A stretch of DNA of 64,000 bases from assembly GCF_038025025.1 (NCBI RefSeq), contig NW_027117349.1:620001-684000 (forward strand), written 5' to 3'. The notes under the pieces were generated by a model. It saw nothing but the letters and a program-made list of their open reading frames with translations, had not been told where the DNA came from and ran no database searches. This DNA is from Phyllosticta citribraziliensis. Its lineage: Eukaryota. A program made the translations under genes and the position numbers. Shown here piece by piece: positions 46,813 through 60,898 of this stretch; within the stretch, counting starts at the first letter, position 1, and every line of letters starts with the position of its first letter.

Positions 46813-48285
46813 GAGGAGAAGAGGAGTAGGTACGTAGAAATGTAGATTGATTGGGGGAGAGCCAACAGACAACAAAGAGGCGTGACACGAGAGAGAAGAG
46901 AGAGAGAAAGCAGATGCGTAGTAGAGCCCTACAACACCATCGACGACATCAACGACATCGACGACATCTTCTGGGTAAGTGAGCCTGGATCGAGTAAGCA
47001 GGCGAGCAGCGCCTGGCGCCTGCCCACCTTACCTGGCCATCTTTCCCCGCCGTCGCCACTGCCACGCTTCCCTCCGTGGTCAAGAGGCCTAGAAAGCTGG
47101 AATAAATGCATCATCGCGCGCGCTCACGCGCACGCGCTGGCTCTGGCCTCGCTCACCCAGCCGAGCGACTGGCGAGAAGACAGTGTTCGATGGCCTTTTT
47201 TTCTTTCGCACGCGGGCGATGCACGTGGGCTCTTCTCGTCTGCTGCCCTGGCGCCTTGTCACATTTGCCGGATCCAGCGCGTAGGTGCGTTGGTAGTTGG
47301 TTGGTTGGTCGGTTTGGGCGAAGGAGCCGGCTGAGTGAGTGAGCTGCCGGCGTCGCGCGCGACTGAATGCTTTGTTGGCACCACACCAGGGCAGAGTGGC
47401 CTAGAGCATGCTGTTGGTTTTGTTGTCAATGGGCTTTTTGCTGTGAGATTGTTTGTTGGTGTGAGGGCCATTTTGCTCTTGTCTTTGTTCTTGACCTGCG
47501 CGCACTGTGTGTCTTCAGGTTTCTGGAACAATCCGAGAATCTAGATCCAACAAAATGCGCAGGAATCGTCGTCGCATGCTGAAGACAGCTGCCATAGGAT
47601 TCCCATGTACGGCTTCTAGTCAGCTAGGAGCATGACCACCGTCTGCAGTTCTGCACCTACCCCTCACTCTGTCTGTACCTTGCTTCGCCAAGGCATGTAG
47701 CTACCTGGCGCGAGTGCACATGACAACCTGCATAGATGGCGCATCACTTGCATCTAGGCTTGCGCCCTGTGACGTTTGCTTACGTACTTTCTTTATAGGG
47801 TTGTACCTTTTCAGCTTGACTGAAGTGGACTTGCTGACTTTTACTACTTCCGGATCCATGTGTTAGTTCCCTTCAGCCAACAGACAGAAAAGTCCATAGC
47901 ATTATGAGGTACAACAGGATTGAGTGTAATTCCCAGGTTGCAAATTCCCCCACATGTTGCTACTTCACTTGAATGCTCCTCGTACGCACGCACCTAGAAC
48001 TCATGAACGCTCCCAACATACATGCGTTCAAACCATGAAGACTAGAAGCTTCCAACAAACAGGGCGTTCTGAATTATTATCCACACACACTACCTCGTCA
48101 TCATAGAGCAATTGTCAGGGTAAATGGTCCCAGAGTGGAGAGAGGTAGCAAGAAATCCTTTTGATATTGCACCAGTGCTATGCAACGCAGCTTTGTCTCG
48201 GATATCAACTCCACCAAAAGGTCAGCCAACAGCGACGAAGCTTCAACAGGTCAGGGACCCAGATAGGAAACACCTCAATCCCACA

Positions 48286-50243
48286 TCAATCCACGTCCAT
48301 GGATTCCGCCTTCCTCTTCTTCGACCTCTTCTTCTTCTTCCGACCTCCCTCCCTAATATCAACTCCTTCTTCCTTGATCGGCGCCTCCTCTGGCCGAACA
48401 CCCTTCTCGGTATACTTCCTCTCCACGTAATCGGCAAAGCCGTACTTGGGGCCTTCTTCATCTCCAAACACCTCCTTACGCCACTCGCGCAAGCGGGCCT
48501 TCTTGCCGAGCTGCTTCTTGTCCTTCTTCTTCTTCTCCGGTTCGCGCCAGGCAGCAAGCTTCTTGAGACCGGCGAATTGGTTGAGCTGCGTGTCGTCCGC
48601 GAGCAAAATGTCGCGTGCAGTAAGACCGAAGCTTGTGGGTGAGGTCTCGCGGTATCGGAAAGCGTTGGGATTCTTGGAAGTTTGGCGCGCAGCAAGTTCG
48701 ACTTCGAGATTCTGGTCGACAAGGTTTTCGATGAGGCGCCGCTCGCGGCGAGCATCGCGTTTGGCGTCGATGTTTTCTTGCTTTTTGCTCTTCTTCTTCT
48801 TCTTTTTGCTCGAGGTGTCGTCTTCGTCGATGTCCATGGCTTCGGCGTCATCGGGAACCGCAACACCGCCCTCTTCTTCGTCCTCGAGATCTGACAAGGA
48901 GATCTTGGGCTTCTCTTCGTCCTCAAATTCCAAGACAATGTCCTTGATGTCAATGTCATCGTCCCACTTTGGCTTCTTTGGCTTCTTGGACTTCTTCTGG
49001 TCGTCCTCATCTTCCGAAAGTGCACCCTCTTCGTTCTCGTCGTAGTAGTCCTCGCCAAACTTCTTCAGCATAACCTCTTCCCACTTGCCATCATCCCAGT
49101 CAGCGTCAAGCACATCAGCCCACTCATCCATCTTGAATTCCTTGCTAGACAAGCCAGCTGCCTCCTTTATCTTCTGGACCTTTTCTTCCATTTCATCAAT
49201 CTTGAGTTTCCGCAACCGTGCCTTTTCCTCGTCACGTTGGCTCTTCTGTGCGTCCTTCTTCTCGCGCTCCTTTTCTCTCTGCTTCTTGCGGCCGCTCTTG
49301 TCTTCTCTACGAACGGACTGGTTTGCCACAGCGTCACGAGCGTACGTCTTGAGCTTCTCATTCGCCGTCTCTGGGTCTTCAAAGCGCATGTTATACGCAA
49401 ATTCGAATTGCTCGCGGCGATCCTCGTCCTCATCGTCGGATTCAAGGGGCTTGAAGTTGGGGTTGTCAGAGGTCCATGCGCGCGCGGCCAGAAAGTTTGA
49501 CAGAAAGTTCTCGGGGTCCTTTTCGGCATTTTCAATGTCCAGCACGATCTTGCCCTTCGACTCCGATTCTACGGGCTCCGGTTTTGACTTTGCGATCATA
49601 AAATCGCTGTCATCGTCGGAACCGGCGTCGCTTTCATCCTCGGCCTTGGCGTTGTGCATTTGCTTCACCAAGCTAGACTTGAGCTCCGCTTGCTCCTGGG
49701 CATACGTCTTTGGTGCATCGTCTTCCTCATCCTCGGCGCCTAGCTTTCCCTCCAAAAGATTTTTACGGTGATAATCGTGCAACGTGAGGGGCTTGTCCTT
49801 CTTCTCGGCAGTCGGAAGTGATTCGGGTTGCCATTCGGAATAGAATTTGACATTGTCATCGTAGACGCGGGGATCTTTGTTGCGAATGGCGTTGAGGGCG
49901 TTTGAAATTTCCTTGTCCAGGTCTACGGTGGCCAAGATGCCGTCGTCGTCTTCTTCTTCGGAGTCGGAAGACTCGTCGTCAGAGCCTGGATCGTCCTTGC
50001 CAACCTTGGATTTGCCGTATTTGTTCTCGACTAAAGATAATCAGCAGCGGTTCAACTGTAACGAGCGCGCAACTCACGTCTCTGCATTTCATCGCGCCTC
50101 TTGTTGTGCTCAAAGCGGCGCGCATATTCGGAGTTGATTTTGAGGTCGACCTCAGACTCGTCAGAGGAGGACGCGGAATCGTCCAGTAGCTTGGCGCGCT
50201 TGGCCGGGCGGCCATCTTGTGTGGGTACGTCAGGTTTCGCCAT
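48286..50243 (-). CDS. KRI1: Ribosome biogenesis protein Kri1
   Basis: Exons 50243-50078 and 50030-48286 (636 aa). Motifs: LKINSEYARRFEHNKRRDE, KDPRVYD, YNMRFEDP, FRYRETSPTSFGLTARDILLADDTQLNQFAGLKKLA. Confidence 0.94.
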
Positions 50244-50756
50244 GGTGGACGGCAGAGTGTTGTCGAGACGGAACCTAAGACGACGCGCAAAAAAGTTCCA
50301 GACGACGACGAAGCTCGTGCCAATACGCTTACCCAATGGAGATTAGGGTTTGCGGAGGACCGCCGGTACTCAGAAAATGGTGCCTGAGGTTGGGCCAACC
50401 ACGTCTTCCCATCCCAGGCATTCTTTGCATAGCTAGCTCCTGGCCGGAAAATCCACAGGCACCACGAAATCCTATTCCATCACCACCGGACAAATCTGCC
50501 GTCTCGTCGTTGTCGGCATCCTTTCCCTGATCGACACTCCGCGGCGGATATAGGCGCCGAGCTCAGGGTCTTGGCTGCAAGCGTCGCCGCATTGACCTGG
50601 GCCCCGGGAGTGACGTGCATCTCGCAACGCACAAGACACCAGAACGCGCTCGCCAGCAACCCCCTCCCCTCTTACACCCACGCCTCGAATATGTCGTCCT
50701 GAGCCACAGCCTCCCGTTACTCCTACCCGTCGCCGTCTTTGATCGCCGTCGTCACC

Positions 50757-53700
50757 ATGGCCGACGAGAAGCCACTCATCGAGCCGCCCTCGTTGACGCC
50801 CGTGAGCAAGCCATTAAGCCTAATGTACCCTCTACCCCATTGCTAGCTACAGCTCCTTCGAATCTAACAATGTTGCCACAGTCCCGTCATCTTGAAAGAA
50901 GCCGCGCTTGATAGTCCTACCTTCCGCGCGACAGTCTTCCACTTTGGAGAACAAATAGACCTCATCGAGCGTTGGCTTGACAACTATGTCAAATCTGCCT
51001 CAAAGTTGACTTCCGAAGTCTCAAGCCTCGAGTCGGCATTCAACGCCTTCGCCACCAATTCCGTGCCCCCGCAAGGCCTTTCCGAGGCTGCACTAGACCA
51101 CGATTACACGATACTCGCCATCCGAAGATACAATGAAGGTGCGCGCGAGTTTTGGATGAACACAATCAGGGGTTTGAAGAGAATAGACGGAACGGTCGTG
51201 GAACCCATTCGCGCCTTTCTCCAAACCGACATTAGAGGTCTCCGAGATGCCAGAAGGAATTTGGAAGCTTCTCAAAAGACTTTTGACCAGCTGATTGCCC
51301 GATATGCTGGGAGGAAGAAGAGCGAGGAGCCATCGAGCTTGCGAGAGGACGCTTTTCAACTCCACGAAGCAAGGAAACACTATCTCAAAGCGTCCATGGA
51401 CTTTTGTGTCATGGCGCCTCAGATCAGGTCCGCGCTGGACAAGCTGCTGGTTCGGGTGACTACCGAGCGCTGGAAAGATATGAAGATGTCGAGAGATGCG
51501 ACCGACAAGTTGTTCTCACAACACAACAGCGAAATGGAGCGTATCAGGGGCTGGACTCGGGAGATGGAGCATGGAGACCGTGTTTTCAAGCGGGAACTTC
51601 ACATTGCAAGAAAACAGCTGGAAGAGAGTTCCGAGGCCAACGTAAGACCCTCCCGCGAATTGGACGACTATTCCATCTCGACCGTTCCCTACATTGGGTC
51701 ACATTCGACCGCGGCTCCCTTGTCTCCTGCAAAACCCATACCGGAAAAGTCGGAAAAGCACGGCTGGCTCTTTGAGCGTACAATTACAGGGAAACCGGCC
51801 CGGACTGTTTGGGTTAGGCGTTGGTTCTTCATCAAGCATGGTATTTTCGGATGGCTGGTACATGGATCGCGCACCGGTGCTGTTGAAGAATCTGAAAAGC
51901 TGGGCGTTTTGCTGTGTGGTGTCCGACCAGCATTTCAAGAAGAACGCCGCTTTTGTTTCGAGGTCAAGACCAAGGACCGCACAAACATCCTACAAGCAGA
52001 CACTCAGGCTGATTTGACCGATTGGATTGCCACGTTTGAAGTCGCGAAGCGCAAAGCCCTCGAGGACCCCGCCAGCACTGAGGCTACCGCCATAACATCC
52101 ACCGATGCTGCCTTTGCCATCAGTCCCCCTGTACACCCCGAGTTTGCAGCAAAGTCGGCATATGGTCACCTTTCCCATGACAGCGATGAGATTGGCGGCC
52201 TTAGGCAGATTGATAGCTTGCCTCTTCCAGGAGACAGAGAAAACATTGCTTCGCGAAGTAGTTTTGACGTCACCATTGGTCGACGTAACGTCTCTGGCGA
52301 GCTGGAAAGGGAAAGAGAGAGCGGTCGTGACCATGCTGCGAGAATCATTCAAAAGCTCGATCTTCACAGAAAGAATGCAGCCACTCCCCAACTTTCAGCA
52401 ACGCCGTCCTCTCCAAATCCATCCACCGGTGGAATCGCCAGCCTAATTTCAGCGAGTCATAACATGGCCGTTGCGCCTTCAAATTCTCAAATGCTCTCAA
52501 TGGATCGAGCTGCCACTTGGCCTGCAACTTCCCTCGCTCCATCGACGCTTGCCAACCCGCCGGCTCCTACCAATTTGAGCAAAGCTGCCGTCATTCTTAG
52601 CGCTGATAGAGGCATAGGATTCGGTCGTCCAGATGGCGGGCTGCCCTCTGGAATTCTGGCCAACCTTTGGGGCTCTACAAATTGGGGATACATTAATAGA
52701 GTTGAAAGGGGAGAAGTCAGCCGCCTTTCACAACAGCGCGCCATTTCTCAACCTTCGAGTCCCATTCTCAAGGCTCTGTCAAACGAAGGGACTGCGCCAA
52801 CCGACCCGGAAAAGTCAGGCCTGACCGCGCCCCCCGAAGTTTCGCCCACACCTGCTGCCGCTCGACATCGCAAGACGATGAGCCTCAGCGGGTCGCAGGA
52901 CTTGGCCAAGGCGGAAGCTCCAAGACCTTCGTCTTCGGGTGTAGAGGAATACCCAGCATGGTATCCAATGCCCCTGCGTGCCCAGGATGCTCAGTTCCAT
53001 CTACTCTTCCCCAACGTACCCCGCGAAGACAAAGTGGTCATGGTCTTTCGGGCCACGTGGAATCCAAACGAACAACAAGAATTCCCTGGTCGAGTGTACG
53101 TCACCGCCTCCCAGATTTATTTCTACAGCAACTATCTCGGCCTGGTCTTGATTACCGGGGTGGATCTCGATTCCATTGACGAAGTCACTGCTGCGCCAGG
53201 ACGCGACTGCGACTTTTTGTTCGTACACTTCAAGGAGGGCTCTCGCCGAGACGAGTTCACAAGAGTGACCGTCAAGGTCTTCCTCGAGCCACTGAAGCTC
53301 CTGCAGAGACGACTCAACTCTCTGGTCCACAACTGCGTTGCTAATACACCTTTGGCATACGAGGAGCTGGTGAAGAGGCTCATCAAGATGGAGACAACCG
53401 AATCCGAAAGTCCGGACATGGACAGCTGGGACAACATGTCCAACATTGATACCCCTCTCGAACCTCCCACGCGGCGCGAGCCCAACGATTTGAGATCAGG
53501 TCTTCGTATCGACGGCAACTTGTTCGCAAGTGAAACAACACTGGCTCGAAAACCAACGCGGTTTAAGCTTCCCGCCAGACCTGTCGTATACCGACCTCAG
53601 GGGATGGTACAGCTTGCTGTTGAGCGAGAGTTTGACATCAGTGCCAAAGCACTCTTCCATCTCATGTTTGGTGACAAGAGCGCTGTATTTCAAACCCTCT

Positions 53701-55118
53701 ACCGAGCACGATGGCCTAACACAATCATCCAAGGTCCGTGGATTCAGCATAATGGGGGTGGTCGTCACAAACGGGAGTTTGATTACCGTCTCGATGCGAA
53801 TTCCCCGCCGATTGCGAAAGACTGCCAAGCCATCGAGGTTCTCAATGACCATCTTTGCTATGTGATCGCAGACAAGAAGACTCCCTGGTACCTTCCAAAC
53901 GCTCGAGACTTCGTCTTAGTCACCAGGATCGTCATCACCCATGTTGCAAAGAGCCGATGCAGAATAGGGATCTACGGCAAGGTGGACTGGTTGAAACAAA
54001 TCAAGATCCTCCAAAATATTCTTGAGCGTCAGGCCATCGAGGAACTTGACCTCGAAGCACAAGATCTGACCGACGTCATCGCTGGCCAGGTTGAGCGGCT
54101 GGGTAGCAAGTCACGTACGCGCAAAGCGGTTCAAATTTTTGGAAACGTCGGGCAACAGGCGCAAACTCAAGTGGTGCCCCAGAACCTGCCTCCACCATCA
54201 ACCGCACACCCTCGTGTGTTCAAGCTCGTAAGGAGAACCCTTGGGAGCATGCTCGCAGACGTCGCGCGTGCCATGGCTGCCAACTACATTTCCACGCTCA
54301 TTGCCTGGATCACAGCCCTCATGACGGCCATGGCCAAGGCCTTTACTGCACACACTCTCCTCGTCGGTCTCTTGTTGGCGAGTAGCACCGTCAACGTCAT
54401 CTGGTCCTACCGCGACACCTGGTCATGGTGGCAAAACCGGCGCGCAGCGTCCTTCATGAAACGGCTAGGCGTCGGGCCCGACACCGTTATGAGCAAAGCC
54501 GTCTATCTGCGCGATGTCGAAGACCTCTGGGCCAACAGCACCGACGCCGTCTTCCCCGACTGGAGCACCGCAGCCTCGGACAGCGACGGCGCTCAAATCC
54601 CCCTCTTTGAAAACGACAAAGTCAACGCCACTGACTTTGCGGAGCCGCAAGGCTGCCACGCCACGTTTGTCACGCTCATGCACAACCCAGACTTCCCCTC
54701 CTCCTCTGCCTTCGCCTTCCCCTCCGCCGTCGCCGACCCCGTATTCGCGCCTGGCTCCGGGGGCCCGGGCATCGCGCCCTCGGCACGTAGCACAGCGATG
54801 CGGCTGCGGCGCTCGCGCCAGAATCTCGCCGCGTACCGGCACGACCTTCTCGTCGCCATGCGCCTTGTCAACCGCGTCGAGCGCGAGGTGTTGCAGGCCG
54901 AGTGGGAGAACTGGCTCCTGGACGAAAACGTGCGCTGTCGCCGCGTGGGCGAAATGATCCGCCGCCGCATGGAAGGGTTGAGTGGGGAAGCGGCCGATAA
55001 CGAGACGGAGAAGGAGGCGAGTGAGGGAGTTAGAGCTGTGAGAGAGTGGTGGGAGGAGTATTGCGGGGATTGCAAGGACAGGCTGCAAAGGTTGGAGGCA
55101 AAGGGCGTCAAATTTTGA
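50757..55118 (+). CDS. SIP3: BAR-PH-GRAM-StART-like (VASt) lipid transfer protein, Sip3/Lam1 family
   Basis: Exons 50757-50824 and 50882-55118 (1434 aa). LKEAALDSPTFR (BAR start); PH domain EKHGWL..WVRRWFF..ERRFCFEV; GRAM-like FPGRVYVT; VASt SAKALFHLMFGDKS..KTPWYLP; C-terminal TM. Confidence 0.9.
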
Positions 55119-55473
55119 AGGTTGGGCTAGGCGCGTCGATGGGACTGTCCTCTGACGTGGGCTGGGCCCCTTGGTCATGGTGGCTCTGCTGTTGGGCGTT
55201 GGTGTCTGCTTGGTTGGTATGTATGGGATGGGCGTCGGATTGGTTGGTGCACATTGGGACAGGTCGGCGGCTGGGGACGTATTCATAGTCCGGTTGGTTG
55301 GTTGGTTGGTGGGCCGCAAATGTCGTACCTAATTAATATCAAGGGGAGTCCAGCAATGACAGCAACGCCCTGGTCTGATTTACACCGCCGTCTGCTGCAT
55401 GGACTATGGAGACCTAGAGACAGAAACTTGTCTACCTGCACAGTACATATTACACCAAAAAGCAACGCCTGAC

Positions 55474-58400
55474 CTAACCCGCATGCTTCTCCAAATTCTG
55501 CATATTAACCAACTCAAAATACCTGCCCCTTTTCTTGAACAACTCGGTGTGCGTCCCCTCCTCGACCACCCTGCCTCCCTCAAAAACGTAGATGCGATCA
55601 GCCTTTTGAATCGTGCTGAGGCGGTGCGCAACGGCGATGGTGGTGCGGCCCTGCGCCGCGCGGTCCAGTGCCGCCTGCACCACCTTCTCGGACTCGGAGT
55701 CCAGCGCCGACGTGGCCTCGTCGAGCAGCAAGATACGCGGGTTGCGGAGGAGCGCCCGCGCGATGCAGATGCGTTGGCGCTGACCGCCGGAGAGGAGGGA
55801 GCCGCGAGTGCCGAGGAAGGTGTGGAAGCCGTAGCTGTGCGTGCGAGCGTATGTTAGCATTGGGATGTGACGAATGAACAACAGATAAGGGGGTCGGGGG
55901 AGCTGGAAGTTGTAGGGAGACCTACGGGAGCGATGAGATGAAGTCCCAGATGTTGGCCTGCCGGCATGCCGCCTCGACAGCCTTGTCCGTGACCTCCTCG
56001 TTATTCATGCCGAGCATGAGGTTATCGCGAATGGTGCCGCGATACAGGGTCGGCTCCTGCGACACGAGGGCCAGCTGGCGCCTGTAGTCGTTGATGTTGT
56101 AGCTCGCAATGTTTTTGCCGTCGACGAAGACGCCGCCCTCCAGCGGGTCGTAGAAGCGCTCGAGCAACCCTATCGTCGTGCTCTTGCCGCACCCGCTGGC
56201 GCCGACGAGCGCTATGTATTGCCCCGGCCGCACTTTGAGGTCGAGGCCGCGCAGCACGGGCTGGTCGGGTCGCTTGGGGTACCGGAAGTGCACATTGCGG
56301 AATTCGATGTCGCCTTCGAGAGGGGACGGGAGTCTTGTGCCGTCGGTAGCCCATGCGTCGACGACGGGCTTGCGGTCGAAGAGCTTCTTGAGCTGGATGG
56401 CGGACTGCTTTGCTTTGCCCATGTCTGGGGCAAAGGAGAAGATGGTTCCGGCTGATTGAGAGCCGAAGGTGATTGACGCAAAGCACAAGAAGAATTGGAA
56501 TAGGGTGTACTCTTGCTTTCCAATCAAAGTGCCGCCGTAGTAGAAGCCAACCGCCGTGCAGAGAAACATCCCAGATTGCGAGGCGGCGAATAGCAAACTC
56601 GATTTGAGAATGGACTTGGAGTTCTCCCAAGACTGCTCCTCCAGTTGCTCGTGGTAATTCAACCAGACGTCTTGCTCTCGGGTGAGAGATGCCACGGTCT
56701 TGATGGCGTTCGTTGCCTCGCACGCGTAAGCTGCAGAATTCTTGTACGCTTTTTTTGAGCGAGCCTCGAACCGCGAAAGTACCCAAAACCGCAAAAAGCC
56801 GCATCCAAGTAGAATGGGGATGCACGAGAGGCAGACTAGGCCCAACTTCCAACCAATAGCGAGTCCGAGTGAAAGACAGCCAATCAGAGTGGTCAAGACG
56901 GTCATGATGGTTCCAAGTGTTGGGCCGCTGAGCCCTGCCAGATTGGAGGTTTCTACAGAAAGGAAAGTTGTGAGGGCACCGGAATTGTTCTCGTCATCGT
57001 CGAAAAACTCGATGTCCTGACGCAGCATCTGGCGGAAGGCTCGTTCTCGGATGCGGTGGATGAGCTTTTCTGAGCAAATGGCAAAACACAGGCCCTGGCC
57101 GGCTAACGAAAAGCTGGAAAGCGTTAGCAGTCAATTTCAGGACAAGGTCGTCTTTCCAAACTTACAACTGTGTGCAGGCCAACATGACATACATGATGCA
57201 CCAAAAGTTGATCTGATCACGAAGCTGCCCAAACTGCCATGGCGGCTTAGCCAAAGCAGTGACTGCCTTGGCGTAAAAGACCGCTGAGACAGGATTACCA
57301 CTCCCTGCAATGATGGACCAAACAATTCCAAGTGCCATGATATGCCACTCTTCCTTGTTGTACTTGGCTGTCATGACGATGAGCTCCCAAAGAGAATAGT
57401 CCTCCCTTTCATCTGAAATCTTCTTTGCTTCAAGTCTGATGCTGGAAATCGACTGATGTGTTTTGAGAGGCCGCAGAGGAAAGAGTCCAAGATTGCCGTT
57501 ATCATCAGCCATTGAGTTTGCCTTTGGGAAAGACGAGACGCGCCGAGCGAGCTCCTTGTCTTCGTCGTAGTCGTCATCAAGAACGACAGCTTCGGTTGCG
57601 CCCACTGTTTGCGCGCTGACGAGTTGGAAGTAGGCTTGGCCTTTTTCAATCAACTGGTTGTGTGTGCCCTGCTCGACCACCCGGCCATTCGACATGACTA
57701 TGATCTTGTCTGCTGACTTGATGGTGGAAAGTCTATGCGCAATGACAATGGTAGTACGTCCGACCGACACTCTGTCAAGCGCTTCTTGCACAACAGCCTC
57801 ACTCTTCGTGTCCAGGGCCGACGTCGCCTCGTCCAAGAGGAGAATTTTTGGATCCTTGACAATGGCTCGTGCGATGGCAACACGCTGCTTTTGACCGCCG
57901 GATAGCAAGAAGCCTCCCTGACCGACATTAGTGTCGAAGCCATCGGGCAGGGCCGTGACAAAGTCAAAGGCGTTCGAGATTTTGGCCGCGTCGTGGATCA
58001 TCTCCTGGACTTTATCTTCTTTCATCCTTTCAAAAGGTGTACCGATGAGGCCATGACGTATGTTATCGAAAATGGTACCTGAGAAAAGAACTGGTTCCTG
58101 CTGAACCAAAGATATGTGCTGACGGAGCCAGTGCAGGTTGAGCTCGGAGACTTCATTCCCGTCAAGATAGACGTTACCCCGTACGGGATCATAAAATCGC
58201 TCCACGAGACCAACGATTGTCGTCTTGCCGGATCCCGAAGCTCCTACCAATGCCGTGGTCTTTCCGGCTTCAATGGATAGATTTACCCCGTCCATTACGA
58301 CCACTGCTGGACGTGATGGGTAAATCATCTTGACATCATTCAAGTCAATTCTTCCATGGACGTGGGGCAGGGTCCGGCCTTCCCGGGACGCTGGATCCAT

Positions 58401-59780
58401 TGGCGAGGGACGGTCGATGGTGCTGTAGATTTTCGCGGCCGCTGCCGTGGCGTTGGTGAAGGACTGAATCCACGTGTTGACATTGCCTAGGGAGAAAGAT
58501 CCGATCATGACGGCCATCAAAACTGTAATGATTTGGACCAAAGTTATGTCGTCTTCAACCAGGAACCGCGAACCTTGCCAAAAGGCCAAGGAATAGCTGC
58601 AAAAAACTATTCCCATCATCATTCCGACCATAACGGCCAGCAGGGCCTTGGTCTTTGTTCCCCAATACTCGGCTGTGTCCAGGTGAAAGCAAAACTGGTC
58701 GGCTAGCTTTTCACGAGTGCCAAAAGCCACGGCATTTCGAATGGAACCGATGACCTCTTCGGCAACTGTACCAGATTGGGCGTATACAAAGATGGCGTTT
58801 TTGGTGTATTGCGTGATGTATCTTGTCCCGATTCCCATGGATATGCATATAGAGAATAGTGTGGCGCATAGAATGAGTGTCAACTTCCAAAATCTGATGA
58901 ATCCAATGACAAATGCGGCGATGAATGTAGAAAGGGATGTAATGACCAGCGAGATCTTTTCGGATATTCCGTCCTGGACCAGATTGGAATCAAAGGTGAT
59001 TCGCGTTGTTACCTCGCCAGCACCAATCTTGTCGAAGTATCCAACGTTTTGGCGCAGGATGGCAGCAAGGTAATTTTCCCGAATTCTGAGAGTAATCCTT
59101 TCTCCAACATAGATGCAGCCAACAGTGGCAGTGTAGGTGGAGGCAAAGCTGCCGAGTCCAAGGTATACAAAGTACAAAACGTATTTGCGTAGCTCTTTGT
59201 GGAATTCGTCTTGGTCAATTTGTCCTGCAAACAGGCCGCGGAATACACCTGAAAGGTGACCAAATATAATTGTCATGAGTGGTAAAGTGGCCCCAGCAGT
59301 GCATGCCATGAGGCAAGCCACGCTCAGTATGATCCATTCTCGCCGTTCAGCGTATCGAAAACAGGTCATGTACGTGACAACAGTAGATGGCGTTTCCAGT
59401 TGTCTCCTCAAGACCTCTTGCTCGTTTGGTGGAAGCAAGCTGATTGGGTCGCCAGATTGTGGTCCAGGAGGCATTCCAGCTCCTCCTCCGGGTCCTGCTC
59501 CGGGTCCTCCTCCTTGTCCACCTTTCCCGTTCGTCGGAGGAACCGGAGGCACTGGCGGAATCTTTTCCTTTTCGACGTCTGAGGGATACGATGACTTGCT
59601 GGAGTACGATCCGGTACTTCTTGGTGAGTAGTACATTGACGAGGCTCGCTTTTCGGTCGCTCCATGTTTGCTTGCGGCATCGGCATCCGGTTCATGTGTT
59701 GAGGGTATTCGTGTCGATTGCGTGCTGTAAAGGGACTTTTCGAATTCGAAAGATTTGCGACGGTCTCGGCGATGGGCCAT
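55474..59780 (-). CDS. Full-length ABC-B (MDR/P-glycoprotein-type) transporter
   Basis: Exons 59780-57166, 57113-55926 and 55834-55474 (1387 aa). Two TMDs. NBD1: [31 protein letters not shown]2: [28 protein letters not shown]. Confidence 0.95.
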
Positions 59781-60898
59781 GATGGATGGCGCGAGTATAG
59801 CCCTTGCACGCGTGCGGTTTGATTCAATATGCGATGTATGTTTTCCGGTGACGATTGCTCAAAGAGAAATTAATGAAGACAAATATCTTGCGGGATGTGT
59901 TGGCAGTAAGAGGAGCGTGTCCAGCTGACCAACACAAGAGGTGGATGAGAGGTGAAAAGTGAACCTGACCCAAATCGTTGTCTCCGCGCAACTGGGCAAA
60001 AAGGCACGAACGGCAGACTTGTGAGACAACGAAGTTGAGATAGGGGAGCTAGACGAAGGCAATGGCCTATGATCAACCGATTACCGTATTCTACATGGCA
60101 GATTGGAGCTAAAGCCACTTGAGGGAAGCTTTGCCTGAGCTTTATTGCTCTTGGCTGTTCTTGTGCAGGGACATGGCCAGAGCCATCCGCCTCACATCCA
60201 TGTCGTTAGCAAGGCCGAGTCTTGGTATTGCTTTTTTCACTGAGTAGCTACATTGGATAAAGCTTGGATGCTTCTCGACAAATCCAGCATGCCATGGTAG
60301 CGACAATGTTGGAGAGTATCCAAATGTAGGAGTGAGTACAGTCTCCATGTTGACCGGGCTTGTGGCTGAGGAAACATTTGAAAGAGGTTGCGGCGAAGCA
60401 ACCTTGCTTTACAGTGCTTACGCTGCGACATGGTTCCTGCGCTAGCAGCGATCTTCCGTTCTTGGTGTTGAAAGCGGCCTCGGCCTTGGGCATGCGCAGC
60501 TTGTTCTCATGGACGAAAAGCAGAATTTTTTCCAAACAGGACATGGAGATGGTGGTGAAGCCCTGGAGGATGTTCGATGGCTTCTCCTTGACGTCGGCAT
60601 AGCGCAGGTGAGCGTGAGGTGATGGAGAGAGACTGACGTCGTCGGCAGCTTCATCTGACAAGTGGAGAAACATGAGGTGGATGGTCGATCGCGCAGCCGA
60701 GCCGAAAGTGCACGTCACATCCGGGTCGGAGACCGACGATGGCCGGCCCGAGAACTGCCAAGACATCCACCCGGCTTTGGTGCAAACAGTCCAAACAGTC
60801 CAAACGCGCCAAAGCCCCAACTCGCCGCTTGTCGCGTCTTCCTCTTGTCGAGCTCCACCATCCAATCCTCTCCTCAACTCCTTTGCGCATACCTCAAA

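Noticed and set aside
48124..49771. Alternative-frame and antisense ORFs within KRI1
   Set aside because: Shadows of the K/E/D-rich KRI1 coding sequence.
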